From: Squalus acanthias | Taxonomy: Eukaryota | Assembly: GCA_030390025.1 (NCBI GenBank) | Contig: CM059425.1 | Span: 165,046,001-165,110,000 of the forward strand | Length of the DNA stretch: 64,000 nt | Direction of reading: 5' to 3' | Shown: piece by piece, positions 36,275-48,814 of the stretch | Layout: each line of letters starts with the position of its first letter | Numbering within the stretch: position 1 is the stretch's first letter | Made by a program: the position numbers and the translations under genes | Notes under the pieces: model-generated | Told to the model about the DNA's origin: nothing | Seen by the model: only the letters and a program-made list of their open reading frames with translations | Database searches by the model: none

Positions 36275-36454
36275 GTGAGTCCTTCTGTTCGGTACTTGAA
36301 ATGAATGTATGCACAGTAGTTGTTTCAATTTAATGTTTTTCAATGAAGTTAAATTTTGCATGTTTTAAAGTTGTTGCGTTTATATGTTCCTCCAGGACTA
36401 CAGAAGTGGAGTAGCTTATGCTTTTTGGGTTTCTGTCCTGTCCATCCTTCTTAC

Positions 36455-36647
36455 CATAGAATCATAGACTGATACAGCACAGAAGGAGGCCATTTGGCCC
36501 ATCGTGCCTCTGTTGGCTCTAGGAAAGACCTATCCAATTAGTTCCATTTCTCTGCCCTTCCCCCATAGGCATGCAAATTTTTCCCCTTCAAGTATTTATC
36601 CAATTCCCTTTTGAATGTTATTATTGAATCTGCTTCTACCACCCTTT
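36455..36647 (-). mobile_element. CR1 3' tail fragment
   Basis: ERVVEADSIITFKRELDKYLK followed by a CR1 tail. Confidence 0.85.
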
Positions 36648-36829
36648 CATGGAAGCTGTTTGTGCTGCAATGGAAGCTGTGCCATCGCCCATCAGATGCT
36701 GCATCATGGTGGATTCCACAGGTGTGCTGATGGAGGTGACCACCCGTTCCATGGCGGAAAGGATGGGCTCCATGGTCTGCGCAAAGCTTTGTGCCAAGTT
36801 GGTGCTGGACTCCTCCATGCTCCTTGACA

Positions 36830-39800
36830 TGTTCCAAGTTTGCTGACGATACAAAGCTAGGTGGGAAAGTAAACTTTGAGGAGGACACAAAGAGCCTGCA
36901 AAGGGATATAGACAGGTCAAGTGAGTGGGCAGATGGAGTATAGATTCTATGATTCACTTTGGTAGGAATAATAGAAAAACAGCATAATTTTTAAATGGTG
37001 AGAAACTATTAAATGTTGCTGTTCAGAGAGATTTAGGTGTCCTCGTACAGGAAACACAGAGAGTTAGCATGCAGGTACAGCAAGCTATTAGGAAGGCAAA
37101 TGGCACGTTGGCCTTTATTGCAAGGGGATTGGAGTATAAGGGCTCGATTTTAATAGCCCTGAGGAGGCAGGTTTGGAGGCGGGTCTGTGGGAAAATCAGG
37201 AAAAATGGCTTCAGACACCCAACCCGCCTCCATCCCACCCCCACCCGATTTTCCTGAGTGTCTGTTTAGCTGCTCCCAAACTGACCCGTCTCCAACCTGT
37301 GGGACAGGTAGTTAAGGCAGTTAACAGCCTGTTAACTGTCTTGCTAATCCTATTTTCATCGTGGTTTCCCATTTTCCTGCTTCTGGCTCCTGTTTCCCTA
37401 CTGGTCAGAAACAGGCCAGGTTCAAGGAGATGGGTTGCTGGACGACATGATTTGTATGCATTGGTGGAGCACTTTAAAAGTGCCCTGAAACATGGCTGAC
37501 ATTCAAATGCAACAACTTTGCTCTTGTAGGTATGGGATAAGATTTTGCCCATCTACTGACCTTCTGACTGTTCAAGCTGACACCCACCTGCAGTGTGTCA
37601 TGAATGGAATTATTTCAGGCCACTGTGACTGTGCACTTGCAAGATTGTTACCTCAAATGAAATCTATAGCAAGGGGATGGGAAACATTTATACCCTCTCA
37701 TTCTGGTCCTCATAATCGGGGGAGTAGCAGCCGCGTGGCTCACCACAGGTCTTCCTGGGAAGAGGAGTAGGAGGAGGACGAGGGGAGCCTTGCATGCCCT
37801 GTTGTGACCAATGCAGCATCCCTCCAGTTCACTGCTGCCCGTCAACCAGGGTATGCACACTGCCATGCCACACTACCATAAGCTTACTCTTCGACCATAG
37901 GTGGCCACCATATGGCTCTGTAATTGCAGGTGACACTTGTCCAACGTCATACTTCATCTCTGCTAGACCCTCTTATTTCCTATCACTTTTACCATCACCA
38001 TTACAAATGCAAGTCACCCTGAGCCCTCAATGTGCTTTTGCCATTTCCCAGAACACATAGGACACACAATCAACTGTTTGACATAATTTATCTTTAACAC
38101 ATGACAAAATATACCAACAGCAGTCAGAAAAAAAGAAACATCACCCAAGTGATTCCCCTTGTGACTATAGGTGCTAAATCTTTCTTTTATGCGTGCTTCT
38201 ACGTGATGCTTCCCCTGTGGTTTCAGAAGATATAGAGGCACCTTGTTGACTAGGATGCTGCACCTGTTTAGATGCCTTTGGCGGGCGTCCTCTGGGTTTG
38301 GGAGCCTGGGAGGGCTCTTCAACAGTCTGTTCTTCCTGCAGCTGTGCCGGGGCTGAAACGGCCGTCTCAGTTGTCTCTGCAAAGTGGGTCTCTGACCGAG
38401 GGCTCCGTAGTGGCATGGTCGTTCGAGCGCTTTGAGAGGAGTCCACACTTCCTTCTGTCCTGCCAACAACAGCCCTCTCATGGGTCAGCCGCACCTGAGT
38501 GCTGGCAAGTGGCAGGAGAGCACCTTGCTGCACTTCAGGGAGGCCATGAGGACCCGTATCTGCACTGACAGTCCTCCTCAAAAGGACGTCCATGAAGCTC
38601 TGGTCTCTCTGCTCAATAGCTGCCCATCACTCCTCCAGAGATGTCATTCTATTTTGAACAGTAGCCATGTTTTCCTGACTCTGGCAACTTATTTCCTCCA
38701 TGGCCGTAGCCATCCTTTCCACTGAGGTAGCCAGCCTTTCCACGGAGGTTGCCATCCTATCCATGGTGGTGCGTTCATGCGCCATTGCCTCCACCACGGC
38801 AGTGCTGATGTTAGAGATGGACTCCTCCATTCTCTCCACACTCACACTAACCCTGGAGGCAAACCCTTCCAGAGACACCTGCACTTGTTCCTGTATTTCA
38901 CAAACCGCTCTTTTTCTGGATGGCCCCAGAGGCACAGCGTCTGCATGCAGCTCAGCAGAGCTAGGAGAGTCCTGTGACCTCCGCCGAGGAGTCTCCACTG
39001 CCGTCGCTGTCTCCACCATCTACTGATGCTCACTTGTGCACTGTGATAGACCAGGTGGCAACACTACTCTAACTCGCAATGGCCCCACCGAGGTGTGCGT
39101 TGCTGCACTGGTGCTGGGTGCGCTGAGTCCTGGTGACGCTGGTCCCTCAGAGGCTTCAGGTTCCTCTGAGGAGATGTCTGGGTCTTTGTCCTGGATCGTG
39201 GGGAGGGGGGCGCTTGATGGTCCTGTGAGAGAGTAAAGGCTTGAATTAGGCATCTGATATTGATGTAGCAGACAAATCCTTTTGAGCAGATGATACAAAG
39301 CGATTCTCTATGAACATCATATTGCATTGCTTTCTGAGAGGGATGAAAATCTATTATGTAACCAGCTTCCTCTAGTGTGCCCGTCTCTCTATCGCACACT
39401 TCCAGGTACTTTAATAAAAATCGCAACTCTGCAGCTGTTCCCGCTGGAAGCGGCTCCCGAACCCGTTCACCACGCAACCCAACTCCAACCCGGGAATTGA
39501 AATCGAGCCCTAAGAGTAAGGAAGTCTTGCTACAATTGTACAGGGCTTTCGTGAGACCACACCTGGAGTACTGTGCACAGTTTTGGTCTCCTTATCTGAG
39601 GAAGGACATACTTGCCTTAGAGGTGGTGCAACGAAGGTTCACTAGATTGCTTCCTGGAATGAGAGTGTCGTACTACGAGGAGAGATTGAGTAGATTGGGC
39701 CTATACTCTCTGGATTTTAGAAGAATGAGAGGTGATCTCATTGAAGCATATAAGATTCTGAGGGGGATTGACAGGGTAGATGCTGAGAGGTTGTTTTCCC

Positions 39801-40119
39801 CGGCTGGAAAGTATAGAACTAGGGGACATAGTTTCAGGATAAGGGATCAGCCATTTAAGACTGAGATGAGGAGGAATTTTTTCACTCAGAGGGTTGTAAA
39901 TCTTTGGAATTCCCTGCCCCAAAGGGCTGTGGATGCTGAATCGTTCAGTATATTCAAGCCTGAGATAGATAGATTTTTGAACTCTAGGGGAATCAAGGGA
40001 TATGGGGATCAGATGGGAAAGTGGAGTTGAGGTCGAAGATCAGCCATGATCTTGTTGAATGGTGGAGCAGGCTCGAGGGGCCGTATGGCCTACTCCTACT
40101 TCTAATTCTTATGTTCTTA
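36830..40119 (+). mobile_element. 5'-truncated CR1 LINE inserted in the Myb pseudogene
   Basis: SKFADDTK at the start. ARGLEYK breaks at 37139 and KSKEVLLQLY resumes at 39511; CR1 tail near 40110. Confidence 0.93.
37140..39510. mobile_element. 2371-bp non-autonomous Harbinger element retaining Myb exon 3 (38174-39222, minus, two stops)
   Basis: Perfect TIRs GGGCTCGATTT and TAA TSD. Exon 3 is homologous to 31318-32426. Confidence 0.92.
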
Positions 40120-40964
40120 TTCTGCGCAGGTTTTCTGGCAGGCTTTCCAATGCACCAAGAATTTGGTTATTTACAGCCTTCTTTAGTAGCCTGGCCCATC
40201 AAAGTCCTCATCTGAGTTCTCTGCAGCAGAACTAGTATGTGACCTCACCCTCCGGCAAGCTGGCACCTGTGCTATTATTTCTCTCTGCCCTGGTTTCTGC
40301 GCTCTTATGCCCGGTGTCTCACCACGTGCAGGTCCCTCCTCTATCCCAGCCTCTAAAATACACGCAGTGTCAGTGCCTCAGTTGGTGGCTGCGACTGTAA
40401 GATCGAACGATGGTGTCTCTTCATCTTCACTGTCTTCTTCCTCGTCCTCCACTGACTTGGTTGGCTCCAATTCTTGGGTATCTGGAATGAAAAAGGGACA
40501 AGGGTTGGGTTGTGGTGAGGAGAGAGGAGAAAGTAAGAAGTTCGTGCTTACACCAGCTGCAGCTTCTAAGTCAGAAGAGATTGCGGGATGAGGGAGAAGT
40601 GGGATGAGAAAAGTTCAATTATGTATGCAGATACCCTCATCATCGATCGTTTCAGCCCCGCCAGTGGCCGTGGTCATGGCCTCAGCAATACTCCTTCCCA
40701 TGATGAGCAGCACTGTCTCCTCTGTGAGGGTTAAAACATGCCGGCGTGCTTGTCATCCTCCAGTTCTTTACTGCTGCCTACTGTTATGCACCACCTTCTC
40801 CTGCAAGAATGAGAGAAGTATGTCAGTGAGTGACCTGGAATATGTTTGGGTGATGTGGCGATCATTGGTGGAATAGCTGCTAGTGTGTGCGAACTGTAGG
40901 TTGTTGGTGCAAGGCTTGCAACAATGCTAAGTATGTGAGTGTGAGGTAAAGCATATGAATTTAC

Positions 40965-41135
40965 ATATGTCCAAAGATGTGCGAGTTAGGTTGATTTGGC
41001 TATGATAAATTGACCCTTAGTGTTAGGGGGGTTAAATACGTGGGGTTACGGGGATAGGGTGGGATATGTGTCAGTGCAGGCTCGATGGGCCGAAATGGCC
41101 TCTATCTGCACTGTGGGGATTCTGTGATTCTGTGA
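40965..41135 (+). mobile_element. HE1/V-SINE-like fragment
   Basis: GTCCAAAGATGTGCGAGTTAGGTTGATT..AAATTGACCCTTAGTGT body with a CR1-like tail. Matches 22440-22570. Confidence 0.65.
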
Positions 41136-42059
41136 ATTGAAGGCTTGAGTATTGATTGATAGAGATTTTTGGTAGATGGGTGTTGGGGGTGTCATGAATT
41201 GAGTAGTGGGTGAGGCTAGTGGTGCAATTGGTAGGATGTGCAGATGTGCCATTTAAAGATGAACTCACTGACCTTCACAACTTCTGTGAGTTCATTAAAC
41301 TTCTTCCTGCACTGCAACCATGTTCTTGGAGCAGCACTCCTGGCATTGACCTCTGCCGCTACATCTTCCCATTGCATCCGGAGCATCTTTCTGGAGGGCC
41401 TCCTGCCCCCCTGTGGATACAGGACATCTCTTTCCAACTCTTCCACCAAGACCTCCAGTCTGAAAACCTCGGTGCACGCTCTCTCACATGTTTAGCCATT
41501 GCTCAAAGTATCAGCACAGATTCAGCTTTCAAATGACTCCCACTACTTCTTGCAGCCACAATGCACCTCCCCTTTAAGAGGTGCATGCTGCCTTTAAGTA
41601 GTGCTAGCCACTCGCGATATCCTGCTCATGCGTGCAGCCAATGAACAGTGCAGGTAGCGCTGGCTGCACGCAGTAATCATGTAAAGCAGCAGGCAGCACA
41701 AATTTACCATACTGCCTGCAACGCAATGAACGGGCATGGGTTAATCGCATACCTCCGTTTTTGGGGGTTAGCCACACAGCACCAGCTAGCTCAGTGCCAA
41801 CCTGACCCCACCTCACCAGTATGCAGTTCTCCTGTAATGTTTGTAGCTGTATCTGGTTCAAATGGGAGTGGTTACTGCTGGTGCTCCTCAGCTATATTAT
41901 ATGGACACACTGGAGGGATCAAGAGAGATGATGGAGAGGGAGAACTCATCAGCATACATATGAAAACATATATAAGCAGAATGGGCCAGGAAGGGACAGT
42001 GAGCTTAAAAAGGTAGTAGGGCTTTAGTGACTATGGTGACAACAGGGAAAAATAGAAAG

Positions 42060-43230
42060 AAGGTTAAAGCTAAAGGCACTATAACTGCGCGAAGCAGTCA
42101 CAATAAAAATAGATAAATTAATAGCACAGATAGAAATAAATGAATTTGATCTAATAGCCACTATGGAGATATGGTTGCAGAGTGACCAAGGTTGGGAACT
42201 AAATATTCCAGGATACTTGACTTTTAGAAGAGATAGGCAAAATGGAAAAGGAGGAGGGGTAGCCCTGATAGTAAAGGATGGGATAAAGACAGTAGAGAGA
42301 AAGGATCTTAGCTCCGAAAATCAAGATGTAGAATCAGTTTGGGTGGAGCTAAGAAATGACAAGGGGCAGAAAACACTGGTGAGTGTAGTTTATAGGACAT
42401 CCAACAGCAGTTGTAGTGTCAGGAAGAGTATAAATCAGGAAATTAGAGGCGCATGTAACAAGGGTAATACAGTAATCATGGGGGACTTTAATCTTCATAT
42501 CGACTGGGCAAACCAAATTTGCAGTAATAGTGTGGAGGATGAGTTCATGGAATGCATTCAAGATAGTTTTCTAAATAAGTATGTTGAGGAACCAACAGGG
42601 AAACAGGTTATTTTAGATCTAGTATTGTTCAATAAGACAGGGTTAATTCATAATCTTGTAGTAAACGAGCCTCTGGGGAAAAGTGATCATAATATGATAG
42701 ACTTTTATATTGAGTTTGAGAGTGATTTAGTTAATTCCAAAACTTAAATCTTAAATCTGAACAAAGCAAACTATGTAGGTATGAGGGGCAAGTTGGCTAA
42801 GATAGATTGGGTAACTAGATTAAAAGATATGACAGTAGATAAGCAATGGCGAACATTTAAAGAAATTATTCATAATTCGCAACAAATATACATTCCCTTA
42901 AGGAATAAAAACCCCATGGGAAAAGTGGTCCAACTGTGGCTAACAAGAGAAGTTAAAGGTAGTATATTAAAGGAAGAGGTTCATAATGTTACCAAAAGGA
43001 GTAGTAAGCCTGAGGATTGGGAGGATTTTAGAATTCAGCAAAGGATGACCAAGAAATTGATAAAGAGAGAGAAAATAGAATGAGAGTAAACTAGCAAGAG
43101 ACATAAAAACAGATTGTAAAAGCTTTTATATGTATGTAAAAGGGAAGAGATTAGCCAAAGTAAACATAGGTCCCTTACAGGGAGAGACAGGAGAAATTTA
43201 TAATGGGGAATAAGGTAATGGCAGAGACAT
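42060..43230 (+). mobile_element. CR1 ORF2 endonuclease-region fragment
   Basis: ORFs 42163-42747 (ESVWVELRN, MGDFN, GKSDHN) and 42781-43083. Confidence 0.9.
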
Positions 43231-43345
43231 TACCAGTTAATAATATCTCAGAGCCTGTGGTGCAGCACCAGTGGGCTGCAAGAAGTTGATGCACATGTTG
43301 CTGGAGAGTAGCAATGAGCCTGCTGCCTTCAAGTCTCCTCCAGAG

Positions 43346-44470
43346 AATCATAGAAGATAGGAGCAGGAGTAGGCCATTTGGCCCCTCTATAGCCTGCTCC
43401 GCCATTCAATGCGATCATGGCTGATCATCCAAATTCAGTACCCTGTCCCTGCTTTCTCCCCATATCCCTTGATCCCTTTAGCCTTAGGAAATATATCCAA
43501 CTCCTTCTTGAATCTATTTAATGAATTGGCCTCTACTGCCTTCTGTGGCAGAGAATTCCACAGGTTCACCACTCTCTGGGTGAAGAAATTCCTCCTCATT
43601 TCTGTCCTAAATGGCTTACCCCTTATCCTTAGACTGTGACCCGTGGTTCTGGACTCCCTGACCATCGGGAACATCCTTCCTGCATCTAGTTTGTCCTGTC
43701 CTGTCAGAATTTTATAAGTTTCAATGAGATCCCCTCTCATTCTTCTAAACTCCAGCGAGTATAAGCCCAATCGACCCAATCTCTCTTCATACGTCATTCC
43801 TGCCATCCCAGGTATCAGCCTTGTGAATCTTCGCTGAACTCCTTCCATGGCAAGAACATCCTTCCTCAGATAAGGCGACCAAAACTGCACACAGTACTCA
43901 AGGTGTGATCTCGCCAAGGCCCTGTACAACTGCAGCAAGACATCCTTGTTCCTGTACTCAAACCCTCTCGCTATGAAGGCCAACATACCATTTGCCTTCT
44001 TAACCGCCTGCTGCACCTGCATGCTTACCTTCAGCGACTGGTGCACAAGGACACCCAGGTCTCGTTGCACTTCCCCTTCTCCCAATCTATTGCCATTCAG
44101 ATAATAATCTGCCTTTCTGTTTTTGACACCAAAGTGGATAACCTCGCATTTATCCACGTTATATTGCATCTGCCACGCTTCTGCCCAATCACTCAACCTG
44201 TCCAAATCATCCTGGAGTTTCTCGGCATCCTCCTCGCAGCACACACGCCCACCCAGTTTTATGTCGTCTGCAAACTTGGAGATATTACATCTAGTTCCCT
44301 TGTCTAGATCATTAATATATATTGTGAATAGCTGGGGTCCAAGGACCGATCCTTGCGGTACCCCACTAGTTACTGCCTGCCGCTCGGAAAAAGACGCGTT
44401 TATTCCAACTCTTTGCTTTCTGTCTGCCAACCAGTTCTCTATCCAAGTCAATACCTTGCCCCCAACCCCA
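43346..44470 (-). mobile_element. CR1 RT/3' fragment with open 338-aa frame
   Basis: [10 protein letters not shown] and KFADD motifs with a 3' tail. Cut at 44470 by a Harbinger end. Confidence 0.95.
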
Positions 44471-44830
44471 AGGGGTAGAAATTAGGTCGCGCCCCATTTG
44501 GGGCGCAAATATCGTCTGGACGCAAATATTAGCGCCTGCCGCTAATTATCGCCACTGACTGGAAACTTCACTTTTACCGCCCCGGGAGGTGAGTGGAGCG
44601 CTAAAGCAGGCGCTGCACACCTGTCTTAAGGCGCAAAGGCCAAGGAGTGAGGCGCTAACTCAGCGCGCGAGCGCAGCGCAGCTGCTGCCAGTTAGCGAGG
44701 GAACACAGACACACTGGCGCCGGCCACTTCTTAAAGCGGGGGGGGGGCACTTGCTCCCCAGCCACACCCTGCTCATTGCAGCCTTGAATCTCGGCCTGGA
44801 GAGACCTGTGAATCCATTTTGCTGCCAAGC

Positions 44831-46653
44831 ATGGAGAGGGTGAGAGAACGCGCTCATCACTTCACCGAGCGGGCCTTGGATGCTCTGGTTGGCGCGGTGG
44901 AGCGCAGAAGTTGTATACTCTTGCCTGAGAGTGGCAGGAGGCCTTTGCCATGCGAGTTCAGAAGAGTGTGGAGGGAGGTAGCTCAGAGCGTCTCCTCCAG
45001 GAGCATGGTGCCCAGGACCCATACTCAATGCCGCAAAAAGTTCAACGACCTCACTCGGGTCGTCAGGGTGAGTGGCTTTTTCTCAATACCTCTCCATCCC
45101 TCCATCTCAACCTCACTCTATGGCCAGAGGGTCTTAAAACCCCAATGCACAACACTCATCCAACACCTATGGCCCTTTCATCAAACACACACACACATTC
45201 CACACTTTGCATACTGTAAGGGCTATTCACCTATGGGAGGCACATCAGGCAAGACCATGGCTGCATACAGTAAGGGCTATTCACCTATGGGAGGCACATC
45301 AGGCAAGACCATGGCTGTATATTTACTCAGATGCTGTCCTTTTTCTTGCAGGCCAAGCTGGCTCATAATAGGAGACAGCAGCAACGGACAGGTGGAGGGC
45401 GGCCTCAGCTGCAACCCCTCAGCGATCTTGAGGAGCGCGTCCACAGGATTGTGGCAAGCCGGGTGATCGGTCCCGTCGCCACTGGAGACGCCGACCCCGT
45501 TCTGGACAGCAATGGTAAGGTCATCACCTTTTTGTCCTCTGTCCTTCCACTTGTCCCTCACAACACCAGCCTTTGACACTTTCAATCCAACTTGCTAACT
45601 CGCTGCACTTATTCCTCCCTTACTGCCACCCTGTCCTCACGCTAAAGCCACTCTTGTACCTCCCTGCTTTCAGATGGTGATTCACCAGCTGAGGAGACGG
45701 GCCCTGAAGCTGCCACTGGGAGTGATGCTGCAGCCGAGGAGGAAGAGGAAGCCGGAGCATCAGTGCCACCCTCTCCCGAGGAAGCCCATGCCCACACTGG
45801 GAACACGCCTTCCCTGGAGGGGAGCAGGGGGGAAGGGTCTGATGAGGGTGAAGCTCCAGGACCCAGCGGGCTGCAGCAACGCCATGGGGGGGGTAGGGAA
45901 GAACGGGGGCCTTCTCCCCAGAGGGAGAGTATGCCAGACACTCCTACTGCAATGGACGCAGAGGAGGAGCGGCTGATCACAGAAATGAACACCCAGGCGG
46001 TGGGCATGCACACTGAGCTCATGGGTGCAGTGGGAAGGGTGCCCGAATGTATTGAGTCACTGGCAAGGAGTGTGGAGCACTTCGTTGTAGCACAGGCGGA
46101 TGCCACACTAATACTTAGTGCTGCAATTCAGTCACTGGCTGCCGTGATCCCATCTCTGACTGCTCTCATACAGACTCAGATTGAGGCCAAGCGAGCACAG
46201 ACTGCTGCCAACCTCGATGGTTCGTGCACATGTCCCCGGGGCTGTCACCGCGCCGCAGCAGGCCAGCAATCTGTTCTCCGGCAGATTGCTCCGGATGCTG
46301 AAGTGCTGCCCCGTGGGAGTGCCAGTGTGTCGGGCGAGCAGGGAGTTGCTGTCCTCTCTCACGATGACAGCATTCCTGCTGCCAACACTGTCACTTCTCC
46401 ACTGCACTTGCCACCGCCTGTAGGACAGACTGCTGCCGCCCATGCAGAGTTGGTGCAGTCTGCAGCCGGGCCCTCCAGGCCCAGAACTGGTCGAGGCCGT
46501 CCTTCAGGGGCATCTGCAGTGTCAGGGTCTGACGAGCAGCAGCCTTCCACCAGCCTTGCTGCAGCCACTGAGGTCCCATTACGGAGGAGCAGTAGGGTTA
46601 GAAGGGGGGAAGTGCGCAAGGGAAGGAGATCACCCTCGAAGGGCAAAAAGTAG
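44831..46653 (+). CDS. Harbinger Myb/SANT DNA-binding protein, 3 exons (44831-45067, 45352-45514, 45674-46653), 459 aa
   Basis: Exons of 237+163+980 nt splice in frame with GTGAGT/GTAAGG donors and pyrimidine-CAG acceptors. QCRKKFNDL and RTGGG motifs; basic tail. Confidence 0.9.
45208..45316 (+). repeat. 54-bp tandem duplication in Myb intron 1
   Basis: TGCATAC(T/A)GTAAGGGCTATTCACCTATGGGAGGCACATCAGGCAAGACCATGGC occurs twice. Confidence 0.92.
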
Positions 46654-46947
46654 GAGGTGTGACAAAATGCTGGTCATTTTTTTATTAAAGGTCGAGGTTC
46701 GTGGTCCAACTTTTGTTTAGTGTTTTGGACATTATCTCCAGGTTGTGAGAACCAGTTATGTTATTGACTGTTTTTTTGTGTTTATTTCTATGAGTTTGTC
46801 ATGAGGAATTGACACACACAGAGTTTGTAAAATAAATAAGTTTCTGTATTCAAAATATACATGGTTGGTGGTTGGAATTATTGTTGCCTTGGCCGGCTTA
46901 GGGGTTGCGTGCTGGGTTCATTAATGTTGGTAGCAATGGCAGGGGCC

Positions 46948-47973
46948 CTAGAAGCGGCTTGCTATTAGCCGTTGACGGACGGCCCTTGCAGTTTGACCAT
47001 TGTGGGCCGCCCTCCTGCCTTGGTGCTGCTGATGATCATCGTCCTCGTCCTCTTCCTCCTCCTCCTCTGGTGGTGCTCCAAGGCCTGGTGGCATTGGCTG
47101 GGTCCTGAGGATTGCCATGTTATGCAACATGCAGCACACGACTACGAAGTTCGATACTCGCTCAGGCGAGTACTGCAGGGCTCCTCCAGAATGGTCCAGA
47201 CAGCGGAACCGTTGCTTCAGCACGCCGATTGTGCGCTCAATAATGTTCCTGGTTGCTTGATGGCTCTCATTGTACCGCAGCTCAGCAGGGGTGTTGGGCG
47301 TACGGAGCGGTGTCATCAGCCAGGTGCTCAATGCATACCCCTTGTCCCCGAGAAGCCAACCAACTGGCTGATGCGGTGCCTCGAAAAGTTCTGCCACAGT
47401 AGTCTGGCGCAGGATAAAAGCATCGTGGCAGCTGCCAGGATACTGGGCATTGACAGCGAGTATCAGCTGTCTGTGGTCACAGACCAACTGGACATTCAAG
47501 GAATGGAACCCCTTTCTGTTCCTGAATTCCTCGGCATTCTCACGCGGAGCACGCAACGCCACATGCATGCAGTCAATGGCGCCCTGCACCATGGGGAAGC
47601 CTGCTACCCTCGCAAAGCCCAGAGCGCGGTCACGCTGCTTGTCTGGGGTCATGGGGATAGAGATGAACTCTCGTCTCCTTCTGAAGAGGGCATTTGTGAC
47701 CTGCCGGATGCAGCAATGCACCGCGAACTGGGAGATATTGGCGAGGTCCCCAGCAGCAGCTTGAAATGAGCCAGTAGCGTAAAACTTCAAAGCCACTGTG
47801 ACCTTCACTGCCACCGACAGAGACGTCCTGGACCTCAGTTGAGGCTGCAGATCTGGCTGCAGCAGGTGGCAGAGCTCAGTGACCACCTCCTTGCTGAATC
47901 GCAGCCTTCGCAAACACAGCTCCTCGGACATATGGATGTAGGAGAGCTGTTCACGATATACCCTGGGAGGGTA
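46948..47973 (-). CDS. PIF/Harbinger DDE transposase (HARBI1-like family), N-terminus truncated
   Basis: Open frame (327 aa from the Met at 47931) with GAIDCMHV, NRKGFHSLNVQ, YPGSCHD, LLGDKGY and IERTIGVLKQRF. All three predicted catalytic acidic residues are present. Confidence 0.93.
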   Translation of the reverse strand, partial: YPPRVYREQLSYIHMSEELCLRRLRFSKEVVTELCHLLQPDLQPQLRSRTSLSVAVKVTVALKFYATGSFQAAAGDLANISQFAVHCCIRQVTNALFRRRREFISIPMTPDKQRDRALGFARVAGFPMVQGAIDCMHVALRAPRENAEEFRNRKGFHSLNVQLVCDHRQLILAVNAQYPGSCHDAFILRQTTVAELFEAPHQPVGWLLGDKGYALSTWLMTPLRTPNTPAELRYNESHQATRNIIERTIGVLKQRFRCLDHSGGALQYSPERVSNFVVVCCMLHNMAILRTQPMPPGLGAPPEEEEEEDEDDDHQQHQGRRAAHNGQTARAVRQRLIASRF

Positions 47974-48414
47974 AGCTCACCCGGCAAGTGCTGAATTTTT
48001 GGCCCATTATCTTAAGGGTTTTAGGTTATAAGCCCATGTTTTTAGCTATATTTAATGCTGCTAGAGGTTACCTGTAGATTTACAAATAGCCAGTAAGACT
48101 ACTGTAGAAGTGTAAACATTTTTTAAATTGTACAATGAAATGTTTAAAGCCATTGTGGATATGTAAAATATAATTATAATTATACTTTGGTGATTATCTT
48201 TAATTAGGATTGTACTGCTTTCCATAGCCTTTTATATATCCTAAATTGAAAGGCATATACCATTGTACTTTTAAACTCCGATTATGTTTTAACAGATGAG
48301 AGCTGTTCCTTGAAGCAAAACATTCCTTTATTTTTTTAAACTGTCCATAATTTCCAACAAAACAAATTATAATTTTTGCTACAAATTAAAGTTGTTTTTC
48401 CTTTTGCTTTAAAG

Positions 48415-48514
48415 GTGGCAATATCAGCAGCTGCTGGAAGAAAGGTGGAATGGGCATTATGATGAAAGACATGTTACTCTTCTAAAGGCTCAAACAATGC
48501 AGCTGAATAGGCAG
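48415..48514 (+). CDS. Host-gene exon (R)WQYQQLLEERWNGHYDERHVTLLKAQTMQLNRQ
   Basis: tttttccttttgctttaaag acceptor and CAG|GTAATG donor. Phase 2 in, phase 0 out, matching both neighbours. Confidence 0.85.
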
Positions 48515-48814
48515 GTAATGTAATTTGTAAGAGAATATTACAAACGTTTTTTTCCTTTTGCGATAGATTTCATTTTTGCTGCCTCACCTTTTGTCATTTT
48601 TTAAATGAATAAGTAAGTGTTTGGGCTATTCACAAAGCGAAGAGGAAAAATAGCGGATACCTGACTAGCCTATGAGTGGACTGATGTGATAACCTGCTCA
48701 TGAATTATCAGGTTGGTCCTGTGAGTAGGCTGTAGATCTTAACCCATACCTGGTTTCTTTTCATGTGTACCACACACTAGGTAAATAGTTAAAATTTGAA
48801 TGATAAAAGATGTA

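Larger units (their letters stand above)
36648..41770 (-). mobile_element. Degenerate Harbinger element with Myb/SANT pseudogene (ATG 41499), split by CR1 and a SINE
   Basis: Exon 1 WEDVAAEVNARSAAPRTWLQCRKKFNEL. Exon 3 is broken at 40120 and resumes at 36829 (MSRSMEESSTNL), homologous to 22250-22430. Confidence 0.8.
44472..48005. mobile_element. Near-autonomous PIF/Harbinger element with convergent Myb and transposase genes
   Basis: Left TIR GGGGTAGAAATT and right TIR-like GGGCCAAAAATTCAGC. The flanks (CAA / ATT) do not match. Confidence 0.92.

Noticed and set aside
46948..47931. Possible host HARBI1 gene
   Set aside because: Sits inside a TIR-bounded element beside its Myb partner, has a decayed paralog at 59425-60529 and is 5'-truncated. 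It is a transposon copy, so no symbol is assigned.
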